A DNA stretch of 64,000 bases from an uncultured Verrucomicrobiae bacterium (GTDB lineage Bacteria > Verrucomicrobiota > Verrucomicrobiia > Chthoniobacterales > Terrimicrobiaceae), in the NCBI GenBank assembly GCA_963706955.1, contig CAVPOC010000006.1:256001-320000 (forward strand). The letters are read 5' to 3'. How positions within the stretch are numbered: the first letter of the stretch is position 1; each line of letters opens with the position of its first letter. Both the position numbers and the translations under genes were made by a program. Positions 1 to 10,400 of this stretch are shown in pieces. The notes beneath the pieces are model-generated. The model saw only the letters and a list, made by a program, of their open reading frames with translations. It was not told the DNA's origin and ran no database searches.

Positions 1-1200
1 GAGTTGATGGACGATCTCGGACGCGCCATGGCGGGGGCCCATGGGCCGATCCGAATGCTTGGCGGCGGAAATCCGGCGCATATTCCCGAGATGCAGGCAG
101 TCTGGCGGGAGCGGATGGCAGCAATCCTTGGGGATTCCGGCGAGTTCGACCGGATGCTGACGAACTACGATCCACCGATAGGCAACGCCAAGTTCATTGC
201 CGCCTTGGCCGCCCTGCTGCGGGGGGAATTCGGCTGGAGCGTAGGACCGGAAAATATCGCGATAACTGCAGGCGGCCAAACCGCATTCTTCTTCCTATTC
301 AACTTGCTCGCCGGTGAATTCCAAGGAGGCAAGCGCAAGGTCATCCTTCTTCCCCTCGTGCCCGAATACATCGGCTACATGAATCAAGGGTTGAGCCCTG
401 GGCTCTTGCGTGCGGTCGAGCCGCGCCTCGAGTTTCTTTCCGGTCATCGCTTCAAGTACCACGTAGATTTCGATCGAATCATCGTTGACGACGATGTGGC
501 CGCCATCTGCGCCTCACGTCCGACAAATCCTTCCGGAAACGTGTTGACCAATGAGGAGGTGCATCGGTTGGCTTCCATCGCCCGAAACGCCGGCGTCCCT
601 TTGATCATGGACAACGCGTATGGTCTGCCATTCCCCGGCATCTTGTTTCGCAGCGCTGATCCGATCTGGGATGACAACACTATCCTGACGCTCAGCCTTT
701 CCAAACTCGGCCTGCCCAACACCCGCACGGGCATCGTCGTCGCGCACCCCGAAATTATCCAAGCGATCGCCTCGATGACCGCGATCGTCGGGCTGGCTAA
801 CTGCTCGATTGGGCAAGCAATCGTCCTTCCTCTTGTCCAATCTGGCAAAATCCTGCGTTTGGCTCGGGAGGTAGTCGGCCCATTTTACAAGCGCAAGTCC
901 GAGTTAGCGCAGAATTGGATCACGGAGTATTTCAACGACAGTCTTGACTACCACGTTCATGTCAGTGAGGGAGCGTTGTTCTTGTGGCTTTGGTTCCGCG
1001 GGATGAAAATTTCTGCGGAGACACTTTACAATCGTTTGAAACAACGCGGCGTCCTGGTAGTTCCGGGCCACTACTTTGGGGCATCCGAAGATTGGCGGCA
1101 TGGCCACGAGTGCATCCGGCTAAGCTTTGCGATGGATGAAGCCGCCGTTCGTGAAGGCATCGCCATTTTGGCCGAGGAAGTGAGTAAAGGCTACCTTTAG
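1..1200 (+). CDS. avtA: Valine--pyruvate transaminase (PLP class I), 5' end outside window
   Basis: MLGGGNPAHIPEM, SRPTNPSGNV, DNAYGLPFP and SLSKLGLP (PLP Lys) motifs typical of AvtA; frame open at base 1. Confidence 0.9.
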   Translation, partial: ELMDDLGRAMAGAHGPIRMLGGGNPAHIPEMQAVWRERMAAILGDSGEFDRMLTNYDPPIGNAKFIAALAALLRGEFGWSVGPENIAITAGGQTAFFFLFNLLAGEFQGGKRKVILLPLVPEYIGYMNQGLSPGLLRAVEPRLEFLSGHRFKYHVDFDRIIVDDDVAAICASRPTNPSGNVLTNEEVHRLASIARNAGVPLIMDNAYGLPFPGILFRSADPIWDDNTILTLSLSKLGLPNTRTGIVVAHPEIIQAIASMTAIVGLANCSIGQAIVLPLVQSGKILRLAREVVGPFYKRKSELAQNWITEYFNDSLDYHVHVSEGALFLWLWFRGMKISAETLYNRLKQRGVLVVPGHYFGASEDWRHGHECIRLSFAMDEAAVREGIAILAEEVSKGYL

Positions 1201-1230
1201 ATCCCGGGGGAAAGACGGGCACTTGCCTCG

Positions 1231-1794
1231 CTAGACAGTGGCCACCTTGCGAAATTCAAGCACGTTGATCGGCGGAAAGTTCAAGGCGCAGTATTTCTTA
1301 TCGGCCAGTTCGAAGAGGTGATCGTGGTCACAGAGCTGCGTGGTGACCTGATACGTAATGAAGCGGCTCTCGCGGTCCATAGCCTCCGCGATGCTCTGCA
1401 AAAGCCTATCCTTTGTTCCTGGGTCGATTAAGAAGAAAGGAAGGCCGGAGATGATATAGTCGCAATGTGAATGGCCCATCTCTTGAAGGGTCCCCGGCAG
1501 ATGGAGGGCATCTGTATTCAGCACTGTCACCCGTGGGTCACGGACGAATTGCTTACGCAGATGGCAGACAAATTCCTCGTCGAGCTCAAAAAGGATGAGA
1601 CGGGACCTGGCATCCATTCGCTTGACGATTTCCCTGGTATGGCATCCTTCTCCCGGTCCGAGCTCTACTACCACTCTTGGCCGCGAAAAATCGAGGCGCC
1701 GCGCGGTTTGCCTCGTCAGAAAAGGTGAACTGGGCACCAAGTAGCCAACGCGCAGCGGGTTGGCGAGCACCCTCTTAAAGAAAAGTAAGCTCAT
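1231..1794 (-). CDS. SAM-dependent phospholipid N-methyltransferase-like (PmtA family)
   Basis: NPLRVGYLVPSS, VVELGPGEG SAM motif, IISGLPF, NFPP signature. Confidence 0.8.
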   Translation of the reverse strand: MSLLFFKRVLANPLRVGYLVPSSPFLTRQTARRLDFSRPRVVVELGPGEGCHTREIVKRMDARSRLILFELDEEFVCHLRKQFVRDPRVTVLNTDALHLPGTLQEMGHSHCDYIISGLPFFLIDPGTKDRLLQSIAEAMDRESRFITYQVTTQLCDHDHLFELADKKYCALNFPPINVLEFRKVATV

Positions 1795-1953
1795 CTAGGA
1801 AGTGCAAAGTAGGCGAAAGCATTAGCATGTCCAGTCTCGCCAGTCGATGGGCGCGATGGCACAATGTACTTAACGCGGTGGGTTTACCGGGTGGACGCCA
1901 GAGTTTGTCGTCGGGACGCGGCCAGGCGGGAAATACCCTTGTCAGTCGAGATG

Positions 1954-3402
1954 TCATATAAGCGCGAATTCCTTGCTCCACCCGGAAGCACGCTCATAAG
2001 CATCAGCGATGCCGAGCAGACGCGCTTCATCGAGCGATTTTCCGAGAAACTGAAGGCCCACCGGCAGTTTGTGATTACCTTCAAGGACAAAGCCACAAGG
2101 CACGCTGATTCCGCAGATGCCGGCCAGGTTCGCGGCAATCGTAAAAATATCGGCGAGGTACATTTTGAGCGGATCGTCAGTCCGCTCTCCGATGGGGAAG
2201 GCGAGGTCAGGGGAGGTGGGACAGACGATGACATCCACTTTCTCAAATGCGGTGGAAAAGTCCCTCCGTATGAGGGTGCGGACTTTTTGGGCGCGAAGGT
2301 AGTAGGCATCGTAGTAGCCACTGGAAAGAACATACGTGCCAAGAATAACGCGCCGTTTGACCTCGTTGCCGAAGCCGTCTTCGCGCGTCCGAATATAGAG
2401 GTCGGTTAAGTCTTTCGGCTGGCTTGCGCGGTAGCCATAACGAATCCCATCAAAACGTGCGAGATTGGCCGAAGCTTCGGCGGTAGCGATGATGTAATAG
2501 ACCGAAACTGCGTATTCGGTATGCGGCAGTGAGATTTCGACCAGTTCGGCACCGTGTTCCGCACATTGTTGGATGGCCGTCTCGATCGTCGCCTTGACGC
2601 GGGCATCCATCCCTTCAACGAAGTATTCTTTGGGAATGCCCATTCGCACCCCTTTGAGATCTCGGTCCAGTTGTCCGGTAAAATCCTCCGTCGATTGGTC
2701 CAGGGAGGTTGAGTCCATCGGATCGGATCCTGCGATGACATTGAGCAACAGGGCACAGTCCCGCGTTGAACGAGCGAAGGTTCCGATTTGATCGAGTGAG
2801 GAAGCAAAGGCGACGAGTCCGTAGCGGGAAACGCGCCCGTAGCTCGGCTTTAGCCCTATACATCCACACAGAGCCGCCGGTTGGCGAATCGACCCGCCGG
2901 TATCCGACCCGAGGGCGGCTGGGACCTCGCAGGCAGCCACAGCTGCGGCTGAACCGCCGCTGGAGCCACCGGGTATACGACTGGAATCCCATGGATTGCG
3001 GGTGATTTGATAGGCAGAGTTTTCGGTCGATGAGCCCATGGCAAATTCATCCATGTTCAGGCGACCGAAAGGAATGGCACCAGCTGCCCTCAACCGAGCA
3101 ACCACCGTTGCGTCGTAGGGAGCGATGTAGCCTTGTAAGATTTTCGAAGCGCAGGTGCACGGATCGCCTTTGACGTTGATTACATCTTTGATCCCAATCG
3201 GAATTCCTCCGAGGGGCAGGGACACATCTGCGTCCTCCGCCCGGCGCAAAGCAGCTTCGAAATCGCGAGAGAGAAATGCCTGAACCGTCGGTTCTACCAT
3301 TTGAATTCGCGCCTCGAGCGCACGCAGAATATCGGGGGGGCTGAAGTTCTTCGCGCGAAAGCCGGCCTGAATCTCTGACAGGGTGAGGCGAGTAATATCC
3401 AT
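1954..3402 (-). CDS. gatA: Asp-tRNA(Asn)/Glu-tRNA(Gln) amidotransferase subunit A
   Basis: Amidase signature [54 protein letters not shown]. Confidence 0.97.
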   Translation of the reverse strand: MDITRLTLSEIQAGFRAKNFSPPDILRALEARIQMVEPTVQAFLSRDFEAALRRAEDADVSLPLGGIPIGIKDVINVKGDPCTCASKILQGYIAPYDATVVARLRAAGAIPFGRLNMDEFAMGSSTENSAYQITRNPWDSSRIPGGSSGGSAAAVAACEVPAALGSDTGGSIRQPAALCGCIGLKPSYGRVSRYGLVAFASSLDQIGTFARSTRDCALLLNVIAGSDPMDSTSLDQSTEDFTGQLDRDLKGVRMGIPKEYFVEGMDARVKATIETAIQQCAEHGAELVEISLPHTEYAVSVYYIIATAEASANLARFDGIRYGYRASQPKDLTDLYIRTREDGFGNEVKRRVILGTYVLSSGYYDAYYLRAQKVRTLIRRDFSTAFEKVDVIVCPTSPDLAFPIGERTDDPLKMYLADIFTIAANLAGICGISVPCGFVLEGNHKLPVGLQFLGKSLDEARLLGIADAYERASGWSKEFALI

Positions 3403-3498
3403 AAGAAAACGGTTAGCCAGCTTCGTTCAGCGGAGCTGCGGATGTGCTGCCAGCGGTAAATCTTGTTGGGCGATTGGGCAGCCCTCTTATGTGATTAC

Positions 3499-3786
3499 TC
3501 ATTCAACGACTTTTGGCACGAGCACCAGATTGTTGCCGGCGCGTGGCGCGAGGCTAAGCACAGCTTCCCGAGCGAGGCTGGTTTGGGGAAGGTCGTGTCG
3601 CGTTACATTAAAGATTGGATAAGTGTGCGCAGTTGGCTCAACCCCGGTGACGTCAACTTTCTTGAGATGCTCAATATGCTCAAGCACGCGGTCCAATTGC
3701 CCTTGGAAAGTGCTTACTTCCTCGTCCCTCAGGGCAATTCGGGCGAGTCGGGCAACGTGGCGGACATCAAGATCGCGGCTGGACAT
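3499..3786 (-). CDS. gatC: Asp-tRNA(Asn)/Glu-tRNA(Gln) amidotransferase subunit C
   Basis: VRHVARLARI...VDVTGVEPT...VPKVVE; directly upstream of gatA. Confidence 0.95.
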   Translation of the reverse strand: MSSRDLDVRHVARLARIALRDEEVSTFQGQLDRVLEHIEHLKKVDVTGVEPTAHTYPIFNVTRHDLPQTSLAREAVLSLAPRAGNNLVLVPKVVE

Positions 3787-3859
3787 GCTAAGAATCGGCG
3801 ATGATTTTGATCGTTTGGCTATGGGTCAGGAGGCGAAGGCCCCCCTTCCGCGCGAGTAT

Positions 3860-4984
3860 TCATACGATTCGGTGCGTAGTGACAGGGTCAAAGAGGTGCG
3901 CTGCGTCCGCGCGGATCTGGAAGGTGAGCTGTCGTCCAACGTCGCTTTGCTGCGCGCTTGCCGGGCTTCGGCTGACTACAGAATGGGCGCCGGTCTGTAG
4001 GTGGAAATAGGTCTCCGGGCCCATCGGCTCGACGATGTCGACTCTTGCCTGAAAGCAATTGTCACTCTCGACTGCGGTCGCCCCTGCCGGAACCAAATCG
4101 CAGCTCTCTGGCCGAAAACCTAAGATAACATCCTTGTCGGTATATGCCGCTGCCGACGAGCGGCTATCCAACCGGACCTCGATGGCGCCACCGCGCGCCT
4201 CCTTAAACGAGACAGCGCCGTTCGATGCTTCTAGCTTTCCGCTGAGGAGATTCATTGGCGGACTGCCAAGAAAACCGGCAACGAAAAGATTGGCAGGCTC
4301 ATTGTAAATACTTAGCGGACTATCGACCTGTTGAATGACGCCATCTTTCATGACCACGATCCTCGTGCCCATGGTCATGGCTTCGATCTGGTCATGCGTG
4401 ACGTAGATCATCGTGGCCTGAAGACGTTGATGAAGCTTGGTTATCTCGGTGCGCATCTGGACGCGCATCTTCGCATCTAGATTGGAGAGCGGTTCATCGA
4501 AGAGAAATACTTTGGGCTGTCGCACAATCGCCCGGCCGACCGCGACACGCTGGCGCTGCCCTCCCGACAAGGCTTTCGGCCGGCGATTTAGAAATTGTTC
4601 GATGCCGAGAACGCCCGCGGCTTCGAGCACGCGCTTTTTGATCTCGGCTTTGGGATACTTTCGGAGCTCGAGACCGAAGGCCATATTGTCGTAAACGCTC
4701 ATGTGCGGATAAAGCGCGTAGTTTTGAAAGACCATGGCAATGTCGCGATCCTTCGGGGGAATATCGTTAACCTTGTTGCCGTCAATGAGAACCTCTCCCT
4801 TGGAAATTTCTTCGAGACCCGCGATCATTCGCAGGGTTGTCGACTTGCCGCAGCCCGAGGGCCCCACAAATACCACAAACTCCCGGTCGGTAATCTCAAG
4901 GTTGAAGTCCTCCACCGCAGTGACTTCCTTGCCCCGCTCACCGGGATACGTTTTGTAAACATTTTTCAGGGTTACTTTGGCCAT
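3860..4984 (-). CDS. Sugar ABC transporter ATP-binding protein (MalK/MsmX/UgpC family)
   Basis: [37 protein letters not shown]-terminal TOBE region; no cognate permease adjacent. Confidence 0.92.
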   Translation of the reverse strand: MAKVTLKNVYKTYPGERGKEVTAVEDFNLEITDREFVVFVGPSGCGKSTTLRMIAGLEEISKGEVLIDGNKVNDIPPKDRDIAMVFQNYALYPHMSVYDNMAFGLELRKYPKAEIKKRVLEAAGVLGIEQFLNRRPKALSGGQRQRVAVGRAIVRQPKVFLFDEPLSNLDAKMRVQMRTEITKLHQRLQATMIYVTHDQIEAMTMGTRIVVMKDGVIQQVDSPLSIYNEPANLFVAGFLGSPPMNLLSGKLEASNGAVSFKEARGGAIEVRLDSRSSAAAYTDKDVILGFRPESCDLVPAGATAVESDNCFQARVDIVEPMGPETYFHLQTGAHSVVSRSPASAQQSDVGRQLTFQIRADAAHLFDPVTTHRIV

Positions 4985-5056
4985 TCCGCATTTCCGCTCC
5001 GCCGCGGGATTCTCTCCTACCGGTCGCGATTTCGAGTCGAGCGGGCAAGCTAATGG

Positions 5057-6166
5057 GTGTTGGCTTTGAGGTCAACCGCCGAGCGCCCGAGGCCATTCGG
5101 TCGTCTCGCTCAACACGGTACGAAAGTTGCTCCGGAGCTTGGAATGCTATCGGATCGGTGTGCGGCGGTGAACCGGGCCGGTCATCTGGCGCTTGTTTTC
5201 TCATCTTTAAAGGCGCTCGGGCTGACCGATCGCCATCTTTTCAGTGACGTCATGCGTGGCGTGCTGTTGGCGAATTCGCGTTTGCTTGGGGTGTGGACAG
5301 TTTGGGAGCCGAATGCACTGGACGGCCGCGACCGGTTATACGCCGGCACACCCGGCCATGACATGAGCGGACGGTTTGTTCCCTTTTGGCATCGCTCCGG
5401 CGGGCAAGTTCGACTTGAGGCAAGCATTGATTATGACAAGCCGGAATCCGAATGGTATTTCGCACCTACACGGCGAAGAGCGGAAGTCGTCATCGATCCA
5501 TACGAATACTCTGTCGCGGGAAAACCCCTGTTCATTTCAAGCAGTGCAGCTCCAATTGTTCATCGAGGCAAGTGCGCGGGAGTGGTCGGATTTGACATCG
5601 ACATGAAGTGGCTGTTCGAGGCTGCGGACGAGCCGGGCCTTTTCGAATCGATCGAAAGCGTTCTTGGCCGAGGCCATATTCTCCTGAACGAAAACGGAGA
5701 GGTGCGATACTGGAGTGAATCAACGAGGCGTTTGGTCTCTCGCTACATGAAGAGCAAGGTGAAGTCGGTTCGCCGGTTGCCGAGACCTCTTCATAATCTC
5801 GTGATCGAGCGACTGCGTGGACAGTCGATCGCGCAGAATCGGAAATTTCCGCCGCAATGGAGCTTCGTTAGTGGAGTCCGTAAGCTAACGGTGCGCTTTG
5901 GGCGCCGCCCACATGCGGGCTGTTATCTGTTGCTTGTCGACGAAGAGACTGAGGACAAGCGTTCATCTTTCGAGGATCATCTCAGCCCGCGCGAGCAACA
6001 AGTCGGCGAATGGGTTGGCGAGGGCAAATCGAACGAAGAGATCGCTATCATCCTTGGGATCAGCGCTCACACAGTGAAAAACCACCTCGACAAGATCTTC
6101 CGGAAGTTGGGAGTGGAAAACAGGTGTGCTGCTGCTGTGGCCATTCAGAGGCGGCATGCAAATTAG
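5057..6166 (+). CDS. Cytoplasmic dCache-type sensor fused to LuxR-family HTH (one-component regulator); start uncertain
   Basis: [10 protein letters not shown]...GRFVPFW...WYFAP...IDPYEY...GVVGFDID chemoreceptor Cache motifs; C-terminal LSPREQQV...[31 protein letters not shown]uxR HTH; no hydrophobic TM segment visible. Confidence 0.85.
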   Translation: MLALRSTAERPRPFGRLAQHGTKVAPELGMLSDRCAAVNRAGHLALVFSSLKALGLTDRHLFSDVMRGVLLANSRLLGVWTVWEPNALDGRDRLYAGTPGHDMSGRFVPFWHRSGGQVRLEASIDYDKPESEWYFAPTRRRAEVVIDPYEYSVAGKPLFISSSAAPIVHRGKCAGVVGFDIDMKWLFEAADEPGLFESIESVLGRGHILLNENGEVRYWSESTRRLVSRYMKSKVKSVRRLPRPLHNLVIERLRGQSIAQNRKFPPQWSFVSGVRKLTVRFGRRPHAGCYLLLVDEETEDKRSSFEDHLSPREQQVGEWVGEGKSNEEIAIILGISAHTVKNHLDKIFRKLGVENRCAAAVAIQRRHAN

Positions 6167-6179
6167 GAAATCCTTCCTA
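6164..6179. promoter_or_regulatory. Perfect inverted repeat TAGGAA-ATCC-TTCCTA, candidate LuxR/NarL-type operator
   Basis: 6-4-6 palindrome overlapping the regulator's stop codon, ~190 bp upstream of the amidotransferase. Confidence 0.45.
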
Positions 6180-6366
6180 TTGCGGGGAACACGCTATTCC
6201 TGCGAAATTCTCCGTTCATGGAGGCCTCGCATGATCCCCGTGCGGAGTTCAACCGGGGACTTTCGGCCATCGGGTTGAATCGCGGGAGTTCGATGCGAAC
6301 GACCTCGATGACTCGTCGGACGGTGCTGCGGCTGCGACTACGATTCGCTAGCTACGGCAGGATTTT

Positions 6367-7071
6367 ATGAGGAACAAAAGGGTTTTGTTTATTCAGCACA
6401 GCGAGGTCGACCGACCTGGTCTTCTTGGCGAAACGCTGGCCGAAATTGGTCTTCCCCTCGATGTCATTCGACCGGATCTCGGTCAACCAGTTCCCCAAGC
6501 ACTCGATAGCTTTGCGGGCTTGGTGATGGGCGGGGGTCCGCAGGGCGCATACGAGCAGGAAAGGTTTCCCTACCTCTCAAATGAATGCGCTCTTGTCCGC
6601 CACGCCGCCCGGGTTGGAAAACCAGTCCTCGGCTTATGTTTAGGAGCTCAACTCATGGCTTTCGCTCTGGGAGCACGAGTGCAACCCGGTAAGCCCGAAG
6701 TGGGTTTTTTTGAGGTCACGCTTGATCCAATCTCGCGCTACGATCCGCTTTGGCGAGGAATTCCGGCGAAGTTTATCGCCACACATTGGCACGGGGACGC
6801 TTTTGATATTCCACCCGGCGGTATGCGTCTCGGGTCTTCCGTCCTCACCCCGAACCAGCTTTTCCGTTACGGCCACGCACTTTACGGGCTGCAATTCCAT
6901 TTGGAAATGACCTCCGACCTTTTAGGAGTGGCGATAACGAGAGCCTGTGGAATGCTCCTGCAATCCGGCATCGACGCCGATCTCATCACGCGACAGGGTC
7001 AGGAGTGCCTGCCCTTGCTGCGCGACACCGCCTCGACCGTTTTCACTCGTTGGTCGGAGATGCTTTGCTGA
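6367..7071 (+). CDS. Class I (type 1) glutamine amidotransferase-like hydrolase
   Basis: GLVMGGGP, catalytic GLCLG, WHGD and QFHLE (Cys-His-Glu triad). Confidence 0.9.
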   Translation: MRNKRVLFIQHSEVDRPGLLGETLAEIGLPLDVIRPDLGQPVPQALDSFAGLVMGGGPQGAYEQERFPYLSNECALVRHAARVGKPVLGLCLGAQLMAFALGARVQPGKPEVGFFEVTLDPISRYDPLWRGIPAKFIATHWHGDAFDIPPGGMRLGSSVLTPNQLFRYGHALYGLQFHLEMTSDLLGVAITRACGMLLQSGIDADLITRQGQECLPLLRDTASTVFTRWSEMLC

Positions 7072-7135
7072 GCGGGTGCGCTGGGGTACGCGTCCTCTCT
7101 GCCGACTCGTCAACTCCTGCGCCTGTCGCAAATCA

Positions 7136-7153
7136 TGCACCCTTCAGGGTGTA
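7136..7153. promoter_or_regulatory. NtrC-like enhancer palindrome TGCACCC-TTCA-GGGTGTA
   Basis: 7-4-7 inverted repeat with one mismatch ~75 bp upstream of the sigma54 site; one base longer than canonical TGCACC-N5-GGTGCA. Confidence 0.45.
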
Positions 7154-7225
7154 TTGCCTTTTTGAGCACAGTCGCGCTGGCCGAGCAACACCTTAGCAGG
7201 TTGAAGAAGCCGGCTGCTGATTCGA

Positions 7226-7241
7226 TGGCATGGCAAATGCT
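7226..7241 (+). promoter_or_regulatory. Sigma54 (RpoN) -24/-12 promoter
   Basis: TGGCATGGCAAATGCT matches TGGCAC-N5-TTGC with exact GG-N10-GC spacing, 50 bp before the ABC binding-protein ATG. Confidence 0.65.
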
Positions 7242-7290
7242 TACTGTTTCCTATTCCGGTTAAGCAATCCTCATCCTCTCGCTTCCGCTT

Positions 7291-8274
7291 ATGAATTTGT
7301 TAAAGAAAGCCCTTTCTGTCCTGCTGGCCGGCATTGCTCTGGTCTCATTTTCGTCGAGTTCGGCGGCCGCGGAACCGTTGAAAATCGGCTATAGTGATTG
7401 GCCCGGTTTTACCATCTTGGAGGTCGCCAATCAAAAGGAATGGTTTCAGGAGGCCGGCGTAGATGTGGATCTCGTTTGGTTTGACTACCTGCCTTCGCTT
7501 GATGCCTTTGCAGCGGGCAAAGTCGATGCGGTGACAGTTGTCGCGACCGACGCCCTCGTCAATGGTGCGAACGGCGCCAAGAGCAAGATCATCGCACTTC
7601 TGGATTATAGCGATGGCAGCGACATGATCATTGGCAAGCCGGGGATCGAATCGATCAAGGATTTGAAAGGTCAGAAGGTCGGAATAGAGGCGACTCTGGT
7701 CGAACACCTGCTCCTGCTGGAAGCACTTAAGCAAAATGACATGTCCCAATCGGACGTCGAGATCGTTAATACCGCGACCAATGAAACTCCGCAAACGCTC
7801 GCCTCGGGGAAGGTAGCTGCGGTAGGCGCTTGGTACCCGGTTTCCAGCCAAGCCCTCAAGCAGGTTCCGGGATCAAAGAAGCTTTTTACCAGCGCCGACG
7901 CCAAGGGCCTTATCTATGATGTGCTCGCCGTCAACCCCGTAAGCTTTGCCCAGCGCAAGGACGATTGGATCAAGGTAGTTCAGATATTTTACAAGTGCGT
8001 TGACTATATCAACGATCCGGCCACACGCCGGGACGCCATCAAGATCATGGCAGCAAAGGCAGGCGCTGATCCGGACGAATACGAAAAGAATGTCCCTGGC
8101 ACCCATTTTCTCTCTCTCGCTGAAGCGAAGGCAGCTTTTAAGAAGGGCGACGGCTTCGATTCCATCTACGGATCCATGGCGATTGGCAATCAATTCAACC
8201 TGGAAAATAAAGTCTACACGGAGTCACAGAATCCTTCGAGTTACCTCGTGCCGAGTATCGTCCAAGGCCTCTAA
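7291..8274 (+). CDS. NitT/TauT-family ABC substrate-binding protein (urea/guanidine-carboxylase-cluster type)
   Basis: Signal peptide; LKIGYSDWPG, DYSDGSDMI, LKGQKVGIE motifs. Confidence 0.85.
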   Translation: MNLLKKALSVLLAGIALVSFSSSSAAAEPLKIGYSDWPGFTILEVANQKEWFQEAGVDVDLVWFDYLPSLDAFAAGKVDAVTVVATDALVNGANGAKSKIIALLDYSDGSDMIIGKPGIESIKDLKGQKVGIEATLVEHLLLLEALKQNDMSQSDVEIVNTATNETPQTLASGKVAAVGAWYPVSSQALKQVPGSKKLFTSADAKGLIYDVLAVNPVSFAQRKDDWIKVVQIFYKCVDYINDPATRRDAIKIMAAKAGADPDEYEKNVPGTHFLSLAEAKAAFKKGDGFDSIYGSMAIGNQFNLENKVYTESQNPSSYLVPSIVQGL

Positions 8275-8295
8275 GGCGAACGCGAGCCCAACAGC

Positions 8296-9408
8296 GTGGC
8301 GCATCGAGATTGGCTCGGGCTGAAAGGCGAATTGCCAGAACGGCTGCGACTGGCATTGACCATTCTGTCGTTTGTTGTCCCTCTGGTAGTTTGGTCTTTA
8401 GTCAGCTACCTGCCGTTTCTTTGGCACCCCTTGACCCGCGTCACGGATCCGGGCGGCGTCGAATATTTCGTCGAGGGAATCGAGGTCCCGAACGCGGAAT
8501 TTGCCAAGCAACTCGAGAAGATGGCTGCCGAGCAGGGGGATCTCCCCAAAGGAGTGCGGGTGAATCCGGTATACCTGCCAGCCCCCCACGAGGTATTGCG
8601 GGCGTTCTTCACTGCGTTCACCACGCCGCCGCGCCTTCCCAACGAACCCTGGCTTCATGAAAGCTTAGGACACAGTATTCGGACGATATTTCTTGGTTTT
8701 CTGATTTCCTCGCTGTTGGGCGTGCCCTTGGGAATTCTCTGTGGAACTTACCGCTTCTTCGCTGGTCTCCAGGAACCGTTCATTGAATTTTTCCGCTATT
8801 TGCCCGCACCCGCGTTTGGCGCCCTCTGTGTGGCCATTCTCGGAATCGACGACGGTCCCAAGATCGCCATTATTGTCATCGGAACGTTTTTCCAGCAGGT
8901 GCTGGTGATTGGCAACACGGTGCGCAAGGTTGATCCCGCGCTCGTCGAGGCCGCACAGACCCTTGGGGCTCGTGGCTTACGCCTGGTTCGGCGCGTGATC
9001 ATTCCTGCATCCATTACCGACATCTACACGGACATGCGGATTCTGCTCGGCTGGGCGTGGACATATCTCATCGTTGCAGAAGTCGTCGGCACGATGTCGG
9101 GAATCACCTTTTTTATTAACCAGCAGGCTCGCTACCGGAACTTCGACAATGTCTACGCAGCGATCATGATGATTGGAATCATCGGCCTGACCACCGACAC
9201 GCTTCTTGCCTGGTTTGGGAAGGTTCTCTTTCCTTGGAAGCGCAGCGGCCGCGGAGTAAGACAAGTATCACTTCCGGCGTCCACCGACAAAGAAGCCGCA
9301 GTTGCAGGATCGCCCGACCAAAGTCCCAGATCTCCGCTACTCGGCAACTTCGACAAGTTCGAGCTGACGGGTGCGCGTAAGGCCGGCGCCACTCCCCTGC
9401 AACCCTGA
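8296..9408 (+). CDS. NitT/TauT-family ABC permease
   Basis: FFRYLPAPAF, EAAQTLGA (EAA loop), LGWAWTYLIVAE; multiple TM helices. Confidence 0.9.
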   Translation: MAHRDWLGLKGELPERLRLALTILSFVVPLVVWSLVSYLPFLWHPLTRVTDPGGVEYFVEGIEVPNAEFAKQLEKMAAEQGDLPKGVRVNPVYLPAPHEVLRAFFTAFTTPPRLPNEPWLHESLGHSIRTIFLGFLISSLLGVPLGILCGTYRFFAGLQEPFIEFFRYLPAPAFGALCVAILGIDDGPKIAIIVIGTFFQQVLVIGNTVRKVDPALVEAAQTLGARGLRLVRRVIIPASITDIYTDMRILLGWAWTYLIVAEVVGTMSGITFFINQQARYRNFDNVYAAIMMIGIIGLTTDTLLAWFGKVLFPWKRSGRGVRQVSLPASTDKEAAVAGSPDQSPRSPLLGNFDKFELTGARKAGATPLQP

Positions 9409-9411
9409 CCT

Positions 9412-10315
9412 ATGCTCGCATCCCTCGACTTACCCGACTATCGGAGGCAGGACCCTGAGGTCGCCGCCCGTTTTCGGCGCATCAGGGAACGCCCGATTGT
9501 GCTCGCTGTTCAAGATCTCCGAAAAGCTTTCGGTGACGCGAGGCATCAGCACGTTGTCTTTGAAGACGTTTCTCTTGAAGTTCACAGGCGGGAATTCGTT
9601 TGCATCATTGGTGCTTCAGGATGCGGCAAATCCACCTTAATTCGCATTGTCGCAGGGCTCGATGAGGCTAGCGGAGGGGAAATGCTTCTCGACGGCAAGC
9701 CGGTCTCGGGGCCAGGTCCGGACCGCGGAATGGTGTTTCAGAGTTATACGTTGTTTCCGTGGCGGACGGTGAAGCAGAACGTGATGTTCGGTCTCGAGAT
9801 GCGCGGCAAGAGCTCGGCGGAAGCGGAGAGCACCGCCCGCGAATGGCTCGACATGGTTGGCTTGAGCCCCTTCGAAGAAGCATATCCGCATGAACTGTCC
9901 GGTGGCATGAAGCAGCGCGTAGCCATCGCGCGCGCCCTGGCTAATGAACCTCGAATTCTAATAATGGACGAGCCATTCGCCGCCCTGGACGCGCTCGCTC
10001 GGGCAAAGATGCAGGCTTATCTGCTCCAGATCTGGAAGAAAGTAGATGTCACCATTCTCTTTATCACACATGACCTAGAGGAGGCTGTCTATCTTGTCCG
10101 ACCGCATTCTTGTGTTGGGAGGATGCCCAGGTGGAATTCGCGAGTTCATCGAAAATCCGGTCCCGCGTCCAAGAACACCGCAGCAGTTTCTCACTCCAGA
10201 ATTTCTGGCCGTGAAGCACCGCCTCGACGAATTGATCCACGACCCACGCGAAACTTCCGACGAGGATCGTCTTCCGGTCATAAAGATGACCATGTCCGGC
10301 GACGAAGTCGAATGA
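9412..10315 (+). CDS. NitT/TauT-family ABC ATP-binding protein, +1 frameshift near 10094
   Basis: GASGCGKS, LSGGMKQR, DEPF, ITHDLEEAVYL continuing as SDRILVL in ORF 10094..10315 (CTTG where CTG is expected). Confidence 0.88.
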
Positions 10316-10400
10316 GCCGAGTTTCGGCGGTGAGCGGTACCTTGGCCGGAACCTCGAATGCTGCCTGATGCCAGCCAGTCGTAGCAGTCGATAGCGGGAG

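Noticed and set aside
1954..3786. gatB missing next to gatCA
   Set aside because: Split gat loci are common; gatB is probably elsewhere in the genome
9412..10315. Programmed frameshifting in the ABC ATPase and neighbours
   Set aside because: No slippery heptamers at the shift sites; scattered single-base indels fit sequencing error better
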